64,000 nt of DNA from an uncultured virus (IMG/VR IMGVR_UViG_3300025120_000029) (IMGVR_UViG_3300025120_000029), one strand, 5' to 3'. Counted from the first letter of the stretch, positions 17,851 through 28,043 are shown. The notes: generated by a model not told the origin, from the letters alone. Translations and numbers: made by a program.

Positions 17851-18950
17851 CCAACAGAGAAATAGTACAAGAAGATGCATTAGATATTGCATTAAAAAAT
17901 AAAAGATGTGGGTTAGGTATATCTATGGGTGTAGGCAAGACAAGAATTGCAATACAACACCTTATGGTTAACTATAATCCTTTAATAGAAGCCTTGGTAG
18001 TGATACCAAAACACTCAGTATCTCAATCATGGGTAGATGAGTTAGGCAAAATGAATTTAGAAAAGCTAGTAAAGCATATAACATTTACTACATACCTATC
18101 ATTAAAAAAACATAATCCTAATAACTATGATATAGTATATCTGGATGAATGTCATTCATTATTACCATCACATGAGCAGTTCTTAAGTTTGTTTAAGGGT
18201 AGAGTATTGGGTTTAACTGGTACACCACCAAGAGATAAACAATCAGATAAAGGTAGACTAGTAAATAAGTATTGCCCAATCAAATATGAATTCAGTGTTG
18301 ATGATGCAACAGACTCTAACATATTAAATGATTATCAGATCATTATACATGAATTAGAACTGTCTAAGTTACCAACATTAAAGAAGACTAATAAAACAAC
18401 AGGCGGTACATGGTGGACTAATGAACTAAAAGACTATGGTTATGTAACTAATAGAGTTGCTGAAGCACAGACTCAAAAACAAAAACAATTTGCAGCTATA
18501 ATGAGGATGAGGGCGCTCATGGAATATACAACTAAAGAAGACTATACTAAATCATTACTAAAGAACTTAGGTTCCAAGTGTATTATATTTGCTAATACTC
18601 AGAAGCAAGCGGATAGAATATGTAAGTATAGTTATCACTCTACCAATAAGAAGTCAGAAGATAATCTGGAAATGTTTATTGATGGAAGAATAAACCAACT
18701 TTCTTGTGTGTTACAGTTATCAGAGGGTGTTACAATAAAAAACCTGAAGCAAGGTATTATTATGCATGCATATGGTAATGAAAAGAAAACTGCACAGAGA
18801 ATAGGAAGACTGCTCAGGTTAAATCCAACTGAGACTGCAACATGTCACATACTATGTTACAAAGGAACTCAGGATGCATCATGGGTCAAGTCTTCATTAA
18901 AAGGATTTGATCAAAACAAAATTAAATACTATAACCCACTAAAAAGATAA
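17847..18950 (+). CDS. Superfamily 2 DExH helicase
   Basis: MGVGKT, DECH, LGLTGT, LSEGV and QRIGRLLR. Confidence 0.85.
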   Translation: MTNREIVQEDALDIALKNKRCGLGISMGVGKTRIAIQHLMVNYNPLIEALVVIPKHSVSQSWVDELGKMNLEKLVKHITFTTYLSLKKHNPNNYDIVYLDECHSLLPSHEQFLSLFKGRVLGLTGTPPRDKQSDKGRLVNKYCPIKYEFSVDDATDSNILNDYQIIIHELELSKLPTLKKTNKTTGGTWWTNELKDYGYVTNRVAEAQTQKQKQFAAIMRMRALMEYTTKEDYTKSLLKNLGSKCIIFANTQKQADRICKYSYHSTNKKSEDNLEMFIDGRINQLSCVLQLSEGVTIKNLKQGIIMHAYGNEKKTAQRIGRLLRLNPTETATCHILCYKGTQDASWVKSSLKGFDQNKIKYYNPLKR

Positions 18951-18953
18951 CTA

Positions 18954-19118
18954 ATGGAAATAATATATATCATAATATCAATATCAAGCTTATTACTATG
19001 TAGACTAGCCTATGACCTAGGTAAAAGAACAGGCAAAATAAGATTTATAAATAAAATTAATAGACTAACAGTAAGCAAGATGCTTGAGCACAAGAGAACT
19101 TGTTTTAAAAAATTATAA
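18954..19118 (+). CDS. Small membrane-anchored protein (54 aa)
   Basis: Not in the track: MEIIYIIISISSLLLCRLAYDLGKRTGK... Fills the gap between two genes. Confidence 0.45.
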   Translation: MEIIYIIISISSLLLCRLAYDLGKRTGKIRFINKINRLTVSKMLEHKRTCFKKL

Positions 19119-19120
19119 CT

Positions 19121-19369
19121 ATGGGAAGAATGAAAGAAATATTTATGGCCCAAATGGAAGAGAAATACCAGGGTGATCATGATGCAATGATACAAGACAT
19201 GGCACGTGTAACATGTGAAGAATTAGTTCCAGACATGGATCACGTTTGTCCTAACTGTTTTGGAAAAAATAAAATACATAGCATGGTACGTAATGAAACA
19301 GAAGCTGGTTGCTTAGATTGTGGACAGGAGTTTGTTATAATAGATGATAACGTATTAAGATTTAAGTAA
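19121..19369 (+). CDS. Zn-ribbon protein
   Basis: CPNC...CLDC. Confidence 0.6.
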   Translation: MGRMKEIFMAQMEEKYQGDHDAMIQDMARVTCEELVPDMDHVCPNCFGKNKIHSMVRNETEAGCLDCGQEFVIIDDNVLRFK

Positions 19370-19635
19370 TGGCTAGATATACATATCATATAGATAAAAC
19401 CTTATATTGTGAGGTTGACTATACATATCATAAAAAAGAAGAAGAGGTATGGACAGAAAGCAATGGTGATCCTGGTACGCCAGGTCATCCTGCTTATGTA
19501 GAAGTACATGCAGTGTACATGCCTTTAAAAGATGAGATAGGTAATGTAGTAGGTGTTGATGTAATGCCTTTACTACATGAAATGGATATAGATTTAGAAA
19601 ACATAGAAGAAATAATAGAAAATAATTATGAGTGA
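19369..19635 (+). CDS. Hypothetical protein
   Basis: 88 aa with GDPGTPG.P. Confidence 0.6.
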   Translation: MARYTYHIDKTLYCEVDYTYHKKEEEVWTESNGDPGTPGHPAYVEVHAVYMPLKDEIGNVVGVDVMPLLHEMDIDLENIEEIIENNYE

Positions 19636-19807
19636 AGAAATAGAAAAAGACATGCAAGACATGCAAGGTAGTAATATAGAAGAAGATATAAAGTATAGAC
19701 AAGGCAGGCCTAGATGGAAGGTTGAACAAACTGAAGTTGCAGCATGCATATGTCTATTGATGTGTCTATTAGGATTAACAATAATTTGGTATATTACACA
19801 CATATGA
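19628..19807 (+). CDS. Small protein with a C-terminal hydrophobic helix (59 aa)
   Basis: MSEEIEKDMQD...YRQGRPRWKVEQTEVAACICLLMCLLGLTIIWYITHI. Overlaps both neighbours. Confidence 0.5.
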   Translation: MSEEIEKDMQDMQGSNIEEDIKYRQGRPRWKVEQTEVAACICLLMCLLGLTIIWYITHI

Positions 19808-20187
19808 AAGATCAACTATTTATAAAAGCAACAATCAAGGAAGGTAAATTACACTTCCCTATAAAAGCCTTTGAAAATAAATATAATAATTTCTTTAAGA
19901 AGCAGCCAGATGGCGCTAAGATAGAAATCTTTATTGGAGTTCAAGATGGTAAAGGAAGTAATCCTCAATTAGCTAGACTACATGTTATGATAAGAGAGAT
20001 TGCAAATGAAATAGGATACACATTTGAAGAAATAAAACTACAAGTTAAGCGTAAAGCTGGCCTATGTTTTAATAAGAATAATGTTGAGTACTGTAAGTCA
20101 TTTGGTGACTGTGATAAAGAAGAACTAAATTTAGCTATACAAGCTTGTGTTGAAATAGGAGACTTTAATAATATGCAGCTAAGATAG
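19804..20187 (+). CDS. Hypothetical protein with a NinB-like motif
   Basis: Likely start MKDQLF at 19804. Contains SNPQLARLHVMIREIANEIGYTFEEIK. Confidence 0.5.
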   Translation: MKDQLFIKATIKEGKLHFPIKAFENKYNNFFKKQPDGAKIEIFIGVQDGKGSNPQLARLHVMIREIANEIGYTFEEIKLQVKRKAGLCFNKNNVEYCKSFGDCDKEELNLAIQACVEIGDFNNMQLR

Positions 20188-20601
20188 TTTAGCTATCTCT
20201 TGTGCTAAGAAGGCTAGTCCTTCACCAGCAGATTCTTTAGTCTTAGCTATTTCAGCTAACTCAGCTAGCTTCTCCTCATCAACTGGTAGTTCTTGTTCAA
20301 TCTCTAGACCTTGTTGTTTAGCAAAAGATTTGAGTAAGTGTGTTAAGGAATATATAGTATATAGCTCATGCTCTATAGGTGTCAAAGTTTTATCATTACC
20401 TTTAAGTTTACCACTAATAATATTATGGAACTTTTCAGTTAACTCACCTATCTTACTATAATCATTATAGAATTCAGAAATGTATCTATAGTATACATTT
20501 TGTAAACCAGGAATAAAAGCAGGAGATACTTCAATATCTTTAATGACTTTGCTGAAGTTATAAGTAACTACTTTACGTACAGGCTGTTTCTTTTCTTCCA
20601 T
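20179..20601 (-). CDS. Hypothetical protein, a lone counter-oriented gene
   Basis: Likely start MEEKKQP at 20601, with TATATTTG at 20621-20628 (minus strand) upstream. Confidence 0.6.
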   Translation of the reverse strand: MEEKKQPVRKVVTYNFSKVIKDIEVSPAFIPGLQNVYYRYISEFYNDYSKIGELTEKFHNIISGKLKGNDKTLTPIEHELYTIYSLTHLLKSFAKQQGLEIEQELPVDEEKLAELAEIAKTKESAGEGLAFLAQEIAKLS

Positions 20602-20637
20602 AATAATAAGATTTAATAAACAAATATACAATAATAT

Positions 20638-21327
20638 ATGAAAAAATTAGAAATAGACATCAATAATTTAAGAGAAAGAATAAATGATACACTAGAAGAA
20701 TCAGGGTGGACACCTGCATTAGCTCCTTTTATAAATGGATTAAGCTTTGACATAATATTAAATAATTTAATTAGTATGTATGAGTCTGGTAAAAGATTTA
20801 CACCAAGGTTTAAAGATATATTTAATGCATTTAAAGAATGTCCATACAAAGAAATTAAAGTTATTGTAATAGGCCAAGATCCATATCCACAACTAGGATC
20901 AGCTGACGGAATAGCTTTTAGTTGTTCAAAGAAAGGTAAGGCTGAAAAATCCTTACAATATATACTTAAAGCACTAAATGATGAAGATGGTGATGTTGAC
21001 TTAAGACGTTGGTCAAACCAAGGCGTGCTGCTTCTTAACACAGCATTTACATGTGAAATAAATTCAATAGGTTCACATATAAACTTATGGAAACCATTTG
21101 CTATATATCTGTTTGAGTTATTAAACAGACATCACAGAAATATACCTGTTATAATGATGGGAAAGAAAGCAGAAGACTGGCAAGTATATTTATCAAACCA
21201 AAAATTATATAAAGTAGCACACCCGGCCTCAGCTGCATATAGAGGAGGACAATGGGATTGCAAAGATGTGTTTAATCAAGTAAATATAGAGCTTGAAAAG
21301 CAACAAAAGACTTGTATAAAATGGTAA
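20638..21327 (+). CDS. ung: Uracil-DNA glycosylase, family 1
   Basis: KVIVIGQDPYP, ADGIAFS, QGVLLLNTA and HPAS. Confidence 0.9.
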   Translation: MKKLEIDINNLRERINDTLEESGWTPALAPFINGLSFDIILNNLISMYESGKRFTPRFKDIFNAFKECPYKEIKVIVIGQDPYPQLGSADGIAFSCSKKGKAEKSLQYILKALNDEDGDVDLRRWSNQGVLLLNTAFTCEINSIGSHINLWKPFAIYLFELLNRHHRNIPVIMMGKKAEDWQVYLSNQKLYKVAHPASAAYRGGQWDCKDVFNQVNIELEKQQKTCIKW

Positions 21328-21365
21328 AATTACTTATATTTATAACCTTAAAAAACCAATAAAAT

Positions 21366-21962
21366 ATGTGGGATTTATTCCAAGTGATGTTAAAAAAAAA
21401 CGTCACACCTAATCAAGTACTTCTTATGTTTGGTATTAAAAATGGTGTAACTACACCACCAAAAGATACTAGACTATTAGATAAAAATCATTTAGTTTCA
21501 ATAGGTTTTTTAGAACATAAAAATGGAGTATACCTTATGACTGCAGAAGCTAAAGCATTCTGTGTTAGACTTGATAATTACTTTATTAAAGCAAAAAAGA
21601 AAACAGATATACAACTTATGGGTAAGAACTTTGTAGATAAAATAAATAAATACAGAGAGATATTCCCAGCTAAGAAATTACCAAGCGGTAAACCAGCAAG
21701 AAATAATGTAAAAGCTCTAGGAGAAGCATTCAGGTGGTTATTTCAGACTTATGAGTATACATGGGATGAAGTACTTAAAGCTACCAGAATGTACGTAAAT
21801 GAGTATAGAGATGCTGAATACTTATATATGCAAACAAGTCAGTACTTTATCTGTAAACAAGATAAACACAGAGTAAAGCACTCTACACTGGCTGATTATT
21901 GTGATATGATTAAAGAAGGTGTTAGTAATGAAGATGATCATTTTAAAGAAAACGTAGTATGA
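21366..21962 (+). CDS. Hypothetical protein upstream of DnaB (possible initiator or loader)
   Basis: 198 aa with a 4-bp overlap with the helicase gene. Confidence 0.55.
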   Translation: MWDLFQVMLKKNVTPNQVLLMFGIKNGVTTPPKDTRLLDKNHLVSIGFLEHKNGVYLMTAEAKAFCVRLDNYFIKAKKKTDIQLMGKNFVDKINKYREIFPAKKLPSGKPARNNVKALGEAFRWLFQTYEYTWDEVLKATRMYVNEYRDAEYLYMQTSQYFICKQDKHRVKHSTLADYCDMIKEGVSNEDDHFKENVV

Positions 21963-22912
21963 AAGCAAAAGAATCATGGGTTGGACAATATGCTGCCTTT
22001 AATGAGGCGCTTAAATATATGTATGCCAGATCAACTGGTGAAGAGAAATCAATATATACTCCTTGGCCTAAGTTTAATGACGCAGCTACTGATGGTATAG
22101 AGTGGAACACATTGACTGTAATTGGTGGTAGACCTGGTTCAGGTAAAACATTAATTAAAGATCAAATTATTAGAGAATCATTTGCACTTAATCCTCATGA
22201 TAAATTTAGGGTATTAGAATTTCAATTTGAGATGGTTGGTAGAACATCAGCCATTAGAGAATTTAGTTCTATAACTGGTAAAACATATAAAGAATTATGT
22301 AGTGCTGGATCAACACTAAATACTGACACACTTAATCAATGTCATCAATATGCAAAGGAAAGAGTTAAACATCCGGTAGACATCATTAGTACACCAATGA
22401 CTGTTAATCAGATGCGTGAGCAGATAGATGCATATATGAATTTGCATAAAGGAGTAAATACAATGATAACTCTTGATCATACAATGTTAGTAAAGAGAGC
22501 ACCATATCAGAATAGTACATTAGATATGCTATTTGAGTTAGGTGAGTTCTTTACTCAGTGTAAAAGAGATTATCCTTGTTTGTTTCTGGCCTTATCACAA
22601 CTTAATAGAAACATAGACAACCCGGATAGGGCTATAGATGGCAAGTATGGTAACTATATATTAGAGTCAGATATATTTGGTTCAGATGCAATGCTACAGC
22701 ATGCAGATATGTTAATAGGTATCAACAGGCCAGCTAAACAGAAGATTAGGTTTTATGGACCTGATAGATATATAATAGAAAATGATAGAACATTAGTACT
22801 ACACTTTCTTAAGGCAAGAAATGGTGATGCAAGAATGAGTTTCTTTAGAGCAAAGTTTGAGCAAATGCAAATTGAAGAGATGGCTACACCTGGACAACAA
22901 GAACGTAGATGA
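21959..22912 (+). CDS. dnaB: DnaB-like replicative helicase (SF4)
   Basis: GGRPGSGKT, FQFEM, LDH, LSQLNR, ESDIFGSDAMLQHAD and LKARNG. Confidence 0.85.
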   Translation: MKAKESWVGQYAAFNEALKYMYARSTGEEKSIYTPWPKFNDAATDGIEWNTLTVIGGRPGSGKTLIKDQIIRESFALNPHDKFRVLEFQFEMVGRTSAIREFSSITGKTYKELCSAGSTLNTDTLNQCHQYAKERVKHPVDIISTPMTVNQMREQIDAYMNLHKGVNTMITLDHTMLVKRAPYQNSTLDMLFELGEFFTQCKRDYPCLFLALSQLNRNIDNPDRAIDGKYGNYILESDIFGSDAMLQHADMLIGINRPAKQKIRFYGPDRYIIENDRTLVLHFLKARNGDARMSFFRAKFEQMQIEEMATPGQQERR

Positions 22913-23083
22913 TAAATACTAAAAATATAAACAATAAAGATATGGGACTAACACCCGCACAACGTAAAGAAACAAATGCAAATTGAAGAGATGGCTACAC
23001 CTGGACAACAAGAACGTAGATGATAAATACTAAAAATATAAACAATAAAGATATGGGACTAACACCCGCACAACGTAAAGAAA
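22862..23083. repeat. Tandem duplication, 111-bp period
   Basis: CAAATGCAAATTGAAGAG...CAACGTAAAGAAA starts at 22862 and again at 22973. Confidence 0.9.
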
Positions 23084-23701
23084 AAGTTGCAAAACTTAAA
23101 GAAGAGCATCAGGAATACTTTGATATAAATAATATTCCTAGTGCACTATATATTCCTAAGATGGCTTATAGACCATCTGGTAAGGATGAGCTACATGTTA
23201 GCTTTTTTCCTAGTGAATTTGATAAAGACTCAGATATATATACAGAATTTGTAAGTATAGATTATGACTCTGAAGATCCTAAAAGAACATTATATTTGTT
23301 AAAGCATAACCCTCATTGGAAAGAGGAGTATGAGCTAATTACAAGTAACTCAGGATTTTATAGATTATGACTCTGAAGATCCTAAAAGAACATTATACTT
23401 GTTAAAGCATAACCCTCATTGGAAAGAGGAGTATGAGCTAATTACAAGTAACTCAGGATTTCAAAGACACATGGTACCCGCTAGTGAGCTTAAGGTGATC
23501 AATGACGTAGTAACTAGGTCCAATGACAAAACAACTGCTATGGAAGAAGGTTATGATCACAAAGGAGAAATTGATTTTGCAAATCCAAGTATACCAAATC
23601 CGGATGATAAGGTAATCAATGATCCTTTAATAGATAAGCTAGAAGAGATTAATCAAACATTAATAACATTAACTAAAGTAATCAATAAAATAGTAAAATA
23701 A
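23020..23701 (+). CDS. Hypothetical protein, apparently split by a 103-bp tandem duplication
   Basis: Track ORFs 23020-23370 and 23399-23701 share the duplicated peptide. Removing one 103-bp copy gives a single 192-aa ORF. Confidence 0.65.
23256..23461. repeat. Tandem duplication, 103-bp period, one mismatch
   Basis: TATAGATTATGACTCTG...CTCAGGATTT at 23256 and 23359. The copies differ at T23295 versus C23398. Confidence 0.9.
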
Positions 23702-24385
23702 ATGGCACAAAGCGTATTAGTAATTGCAGATTCAGGTACAGGAAAGTCTACCTCAATCAGGACATTAAATCCAAAAGAGACTTTCATAATAAACATAGCA
23801 AATAAACCTCTACCTTTTAAAGGTTATAAGAGTAAGTATACTCAGATAACTAAAGATAATCCTAAAGGTAATATAACATCAGCAGCCTCAGCAGCTGGTA
23901 TTATTAAGGCTATAAAACATGTTGATGAAAAAATGCCACACATTAAAACTCTAGTGGTAGATGACTGGCAATATATGAGCTCCTTTGAATACTTTGATAG
24001 AGCTAATGAGAAAGGTTATGATAAGTTTACACAAATAGCAGCAAATTTAGCAATGGTTGCTAAGATGCCTAAAGACTTAAGAGATGACCTTACTGTTATA
24101 TTTCTGACACACTCAGAAGATTCAACAGATATAAATGGAAATAGAAAAATCAAAGCAAAAACTATTGGTAAAATGATAGATAATACTTTAACTTTGGAAG
24201 GTCTATTTTCAATTGTTTTATTTGGAAAAGTAAATAAAAATGATGATGGTGTACTTGAATATGGTTTTGAAACTCAAAACAATGGAGAGAACACATGTAA
24301 ATCACCTATGGGTATGTTTGAGGATATGTTTATCCCTAATGACCTTAAGTATGTAAAAGAATGCATACAAAAATATGAAGAGTAA
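23702..24385 (+). CDS. Sak4-like / AAA_24 P-loop ATPase (recombination)
   Basis: ADSGTGKST, LVVDDWQY, FLTHSE, TIGKMID and KSPMGMF. Confidence 0.75.
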   Translation: MAQSVLVIADSGTGKSTSIRTLNPKETFIINIANKPLPFKGYKSKYTQITKDNPKGNITSAASAAGIIKAIKHVDEKMPHIKTLVVDDWQYMSSFEYFDRANEKGYDKFTQIAANLAMVAKMPKDLRDDLTVIFLTHSEDSTDINGNRKIKAKTIGKMIDNTLTLEGLFSIVLFGKVNKNDDGVLEYGFETQNNGENTCKSPMGMFEDMFIPNDLKYVKECIQKYEE

Positions 24386-24411
24386 TAATCAATTAATTAA
24401 AAAGAAAAATT

Positions 24412-25086
24412 ATGTTAAGTACTAAAGACATGTCTGTTGGATCAGGCACTATCAAACCAGTAATTGGAACAGGTAATCACAAATTAAAAATCAATTCAAT
24501 TACTTTTGACCAAACGCCTTATGATGCAGACGCATTTAATATTATGTTACATGTAGAAGGTGAACCAGTATCTGGAGATTTCAATGGATTCTTAAAAGAT
24601 ATGAATAACCCTAATGGTGACCGTTATGTTGGTCAGGTGGGTAGAGTTAGATTCTCACCGTATCCATATAAAGATGCCACATTAAATAATGGTAATGAAA
24701 TCAAGAGAGATACTGAAGTATTAAAAGCTATGGTATTTTTATCTGAAGTTGTTGGTAAAAGAAATGAGCTAGATGCTATTGAAGCAAATACAATTGAAGA
24801 GTTTATGTCTGCAGCTGGAGCTGTATGTTCAGAAACTGGATTCATTAATGCATGCTTAGGTGCACGTGAATGGGAAAACAAAGAAGGTTATGTAAATAAT
24901 GATTTGTTTTTACCTAAGATGAATAAAGAAGGTGTACCATTAGAAGCTCTAGAAACAGAGAATTCTAAAATGTTAACGTTTGACAAAACAAACACACAAC
25001 ATTTTAGACCATTAATGAAAAAAGAGTCAACTGCAGCTGCTAGCTTTGAACCAGCTAAAGCAAAAGGAGATGACTTTGATTTATAA
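24412..25086 (+). CDS. Probable single-stranded DNA-binding protein
   Basis: Follows the Sak4-like ATPase and has an acidic-aromatic C-terminus GDDFDL. Confidence 0.5.
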   Translation: MLSTKDMSVGSGTIKPVIGTGNHKLKINSITFDQTPYDADAFNIMLHVEGEPVSGDFNGFLKDMNNPNGDRYVGQVGRVRFSPYPYKDATLNNGNEIKRDTEVLKAMVFLSEVVGKRNELDAIEANTIEEFMSAAGAVCSETGFINACLGAREWENKEGYVNNDLFLPKMNKEGVPLEALETENSKMLTFDKTNTQHFRPLMKKESTAAASFEPAKAKGDDFDL

Positions 25087-25093
25087 ATAAAAA

Positions 25094-25202
25094 ATATGAG
25101 GAGAGAGTGTGGATGAACGGCATTTTGCCAACCAACTTTAACCGGGAGTATAAGAGCTTCCTGTTTTTAATTAGATTTTATACCCACTCTCTCTCTTTAT
25201 AT
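25094..25202 (+). ncRNA. Candidate multi-branched intergenic RNA
   Basis: Closing stem GAGAGAGTG/CACTCTCTC with extensions, enclosing the hairpins GGCA-ttt-TGCC and GGGAG-tataagag-CTTCC. Confidence 0.4.
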
Positions 25203-25216
25203 AATAATAAGAATAT

Positions 25217-26191
25217 ATGATAAGCACAAAGAACTTAGTATTACAACCTGCTGATGTTCCAAGTTATTGGGTGTTTCAATATTATTTAAATCTACCAGAA
25301 ACCTTAACAGGACAGGATATAAAGATTAAGTCTATCTTTAATCCTAATGAGAATACACCTAGTTTTTGTATTTATGTTGATAAATTAGTAATGCAATATA
25401 AATTTAAAGATTTCTCAACCGGTAAGAGTGGTGACAAAGTTGATCTAGTTAAACAAATGTTTGATATAGATTTTCCTAAAGCTTCAATGAAAATAATAAA
25501 TGACTACAATCAATATGTAAAGACTTCAGATTATAAAACACAAACCTTAAAGCCTGTAGCTAAGTGGGAAGTTGACTTTATTAAAAATAGAGAGTGGACA
25601 ACTGATGATAGCGCCTTTTGGTTAGACTTTAATATAGGTAAAACTATGTTAGATAACTATAACGTTAGACCAATTGAGTATTATAACTTAGTTAAAGAAG
25701 AGAACTTTAAAGTTAAGTCACTTAAAATAGAAGGTAAGTATATGTACGGATACTATGATAAAAATGGTAAGGCCTATAAGTTATATCAACCTCATAGTAA
25801 ACATAAGTTTCATAAGATTAATAAACATCTACAAGGATTTGATCAGCTTAAATATAATAAACCATATTTGGTAATATGTTCATCTCTTAAGGATGCAATG
25901 TGTCTTGCCAGTATTGGCTATAATATAGAGGTAATAGCTCCTGACTCAGAGAATACTATGATTAAACCACATGTAATAGAATATCTTAAGAAGAAGTACA
26001 AAAAAGTAATAACACTTTTTGACAATGATGATGCAGGTAAAGCTGCTATCATGAAGTATGGTTCTATGTACAAACTAGATGGTCTAATATTTCCTACCGC
26101 CAAAGATATTTCTGATGGTATGAAAGAAAATGGTCTTGATTATGTGCATCTTATAATACAACCAATACTAAAAAAAGTAATAAATAAATAA
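25217..26191 (+). CDS. DNA primase (TOPRIM)
   Basis: SIFNPNENTPSFCIY, FKDFSTG.SGD, SSLKDAM, LFDNDDAG and KDISD. Confidence 0.8.
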   Translation: MISTKNLVLQPADVPSYWVFQYYLNLPETLTGQDIKIKSIFNPNENTPSFCIYVDKLVMQYKFKDFSTGKSGDKVDLVKQMFDIDFPKASMKIINDYNQYVKTSDYKTQTLKPVAKWEVDFIKNREWTTDDSAFWLDFNIGKTMLDNYNVRPIEYYNLVKEENFKVKSLKIEGKYMYGYYDKNGKAYKLYQPHSKHKFHKINKHLQGFDQLKYNKPYLVICSSLKDAMCLASIGYNIEVIAPDSENTMIKPHVIEYLKKKYKKVITLFDNDDAGKAAIMKYGSMYKLDGLIFPTAKDISDGMKENGLDYVHLIIQPILKKVINK

Positions 26192-26192
26192 T

Positions 26193-26588
26193 ATGAGAAA
26201 AATAAGATGGTGGATACCAGGTAACGTACCCTCTAGTAAAAATGGAAGACGTTGGACAGGTAAATACTTTATTGCTAGCAAAGCTGTAATGAATTATAGA
26301 AAAGCTACTAAAGATATATATTTAAAATATACTGAGGATTTTAAGCAAGAACTAGAGAAGTTAGAATTACCAGTAAAAATATCTTTTGAATTTATCAGAG
26401 GCAGCCGTCATAAGTTTGACTATATAAATCCTGCACAGACAGTGCAAGATGATATGGTTAAGTATGGGTGGATTGAAGATGATAATGCTGAATATATAAT
26501 TCCTGCATTTGAACAATATACATATGATAAAGAAAACCCTGGTGTATGGATAGAACTAATTTTAGATGAAGAAAATAATATCACTTGA
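26193..26588 (+). CDS. RusA-like Holliday junction resolvase
   Basis: IPGNVPSSKN, FDYINPAQTVQDDM...WIEDDN and DKENPGV. Confidence 0.7.
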   Translation: MRKIRWWIPGNVPSSKNGRRWTGKYFIASKAVMNYRKATKDIYLKYTEDFKQELEKLELPVKISFEFIRGSRHKFDYINPAQTVQDDMVKYGWIEDDNAEYIIPAFEQYTYDKENPGVWIELILDEENNIT

Positions 26589-26880
26589 TGAGTTTTTTAT
26601 GCTAAAGAAAATGATCTCAGCTTCCAAAGAAGACTTAGAAGTTGCTTTGGCTATATGGACTACCCAGTTTAAAGATAGAGAAATTTTAGATAGATTAATG
26701 TGTAAGGCATTAGCTTTTGATAAAAGAGTAAACTTCTCTATTGCTGTAGAGTATACTTTTACATACAAGGGATACAATTCTATGTCTGATATGAGTACAC
26801 ATAAAATACATGCATATATAAATGGAAAGAAACTAAATGATGTATATAATAAAATATTAAAAAAGATAACAGATGATTAA
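26566..26880 (+). CDS. Hypothetical protein
   Basis: 104 aa, overlapping both neighbours. Confidence 0.55.
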   Translation: MKKIISLDEFFMLKKMISASKEDLEVALAIWTTQFKDREILDRLMCKALAFDKRVNFSIAVEYTFTYKGYNSMSDMSTHKIHAYINGKKLNDVYNKILKKITDD

Positions 26881-28036
26881 TATACAAGATCAGGTTGCTA
26901 GAACAACTAAAACTCTAATATTTGATGAGCCCTTTTATGGGCTCTTTTTGATTGGTATCAATAAGAAGTACAGTTTACATATACCTACTGCTGGTGTAAG
27001 CAAACATGGTATTGGTATGCAATTGACTATAAACCCAGAGTTCTTTACAGAGCTCAAGCCGGAAGAAAGATATGGCTTAATAAAACATGAGTTATTACAT
27101 ATAGCTTTTGGACACTTAATTTTAAGAGACAAGTATTCTAATCATAAACTATTTAATATAGCTGCTGATTTAGAAATTAACCAATACATATTGGAAAGCA
27201 ATCTACCAGAAGGAGGATTGTTATTGTCAAGTTTCCCAGAGCTTAATTTACCTAAAAAAGCAGGTACAAGTAAATATTATGAACTTTTACAACAAGCACA
27301 GCAAGATGGTACAAGCCCTACGTTAGATTCTTTAATGAGTCAAATGGATGGTACTACACCACATTGTCATAGCACATGGAATGAGTTTAATGATTTATCT
27401 GAAGCTGAGAAGAAGCTAGTAGAAAAACAAATTGAACATCAACTAAAAGAATCTGCTGAACAAACCATTAAAAGATCTGGTACGGTACCTGGTGAGTTAG
27501 CTGATCTTATAAGGAAGCTTACACATGTTGAGCCTGCTAAATTTGATTGGAAAGGATACTTAAGAAGATTTGTTGGTAATTCTAGTGTGGTGTATACTAA
27601 AAAGTTAAGACGTAAGTATAACAAACGGTATGCAGCTAATCCTGGCCTTAAAATTAAGTTTAAGAATCATATACTCGTTGGTGTTGATACTAGTGGTTCA
27701 GTCAACAATGAAGAGTTAACAGAATTCTTTAGTGAATTAACACACATGCACAAGACAGGCCACAAAATTACCGTAGCACAATGTGATACACGCTTAGGAA
27801 GCGTGAAGGAATTTAAACCTAATCAAGATTGGGAAATACATGGTCGTGGTGGAACTAGCTTTCAACCAGTTATTGATCACTACAATGAAAAGAAAGGGCA
27901 ATATACAGCTCTAATATATTTAACAGATGGTGAAGCATATGCACCTGAAGATTGTCCAAAGAATACCTTATGGTGTTTGAGTAGTATATCTCAGATGAAT
28001 GATGAGTTACCAGGAAAAGTAATAAAATTTAATTAA
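26873..28036 (+). CDS. Zincin metallopeptidase plus VWA domain protein (DUF2201-type)
   Basis: HELLH, NIAADLEIN, VGVDTSGSV MIDAS motif, GRGGTSF and YLTDG. Confidence 0.85.
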   Translation: MINIQDQVARTTKTLIFDEPFYGLFLIGINKKYSLHIPTAGVSKHGIGMQLTINPEFFTELKPEERYGLIKHELLHIAFGHLILRDKYSNHKLFNIAADLEINQYILESNLPEGGLLLSSFPELNLPKKAGTSKYYELLQQAQQDGTSPTLDSLMSQMDGTTPHCHSTWNEFNDLSEAEKKLVEKQIEHQLKESAEQTIKRSGTVPGELADLIRKLTHVEPAKFDWKGYLRRFVGNSSVVYTKKLRRKYNKRYAANPGLKIKFKNHILVGVDTSGSVNNEELTEFFSELTHMHKTGHKITVAQCDTRLGSVKEFKPNQDWEIHGRGGTSFQPVIDHYNEKKGQYTALIYLTDGEAYAPEDCPKNTLWCLSSISQMNDELPGKVIKFN

Positions 28037-28043
28037 TAAAAAA

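Noticed and set aside
22909..22986. 25-aa ORF after dnaB
   Set aside because: It is a by-product of the 111-bp duplication. The real start is the copy at 23020.
23256..23461. Programmed frameshift or DGR template/variable repeat pair
   Set aside because: The copies are directly tandem, differ by a single T/C synonymous change, and no RT is present. An assembly duplication explains them.
25094..25202. tRNA or known riboswitch
   Set aside because: No T-loop, anticodon arm or CCA end, and no recognisable aptamer consensus. Kept only as a generic structured element.
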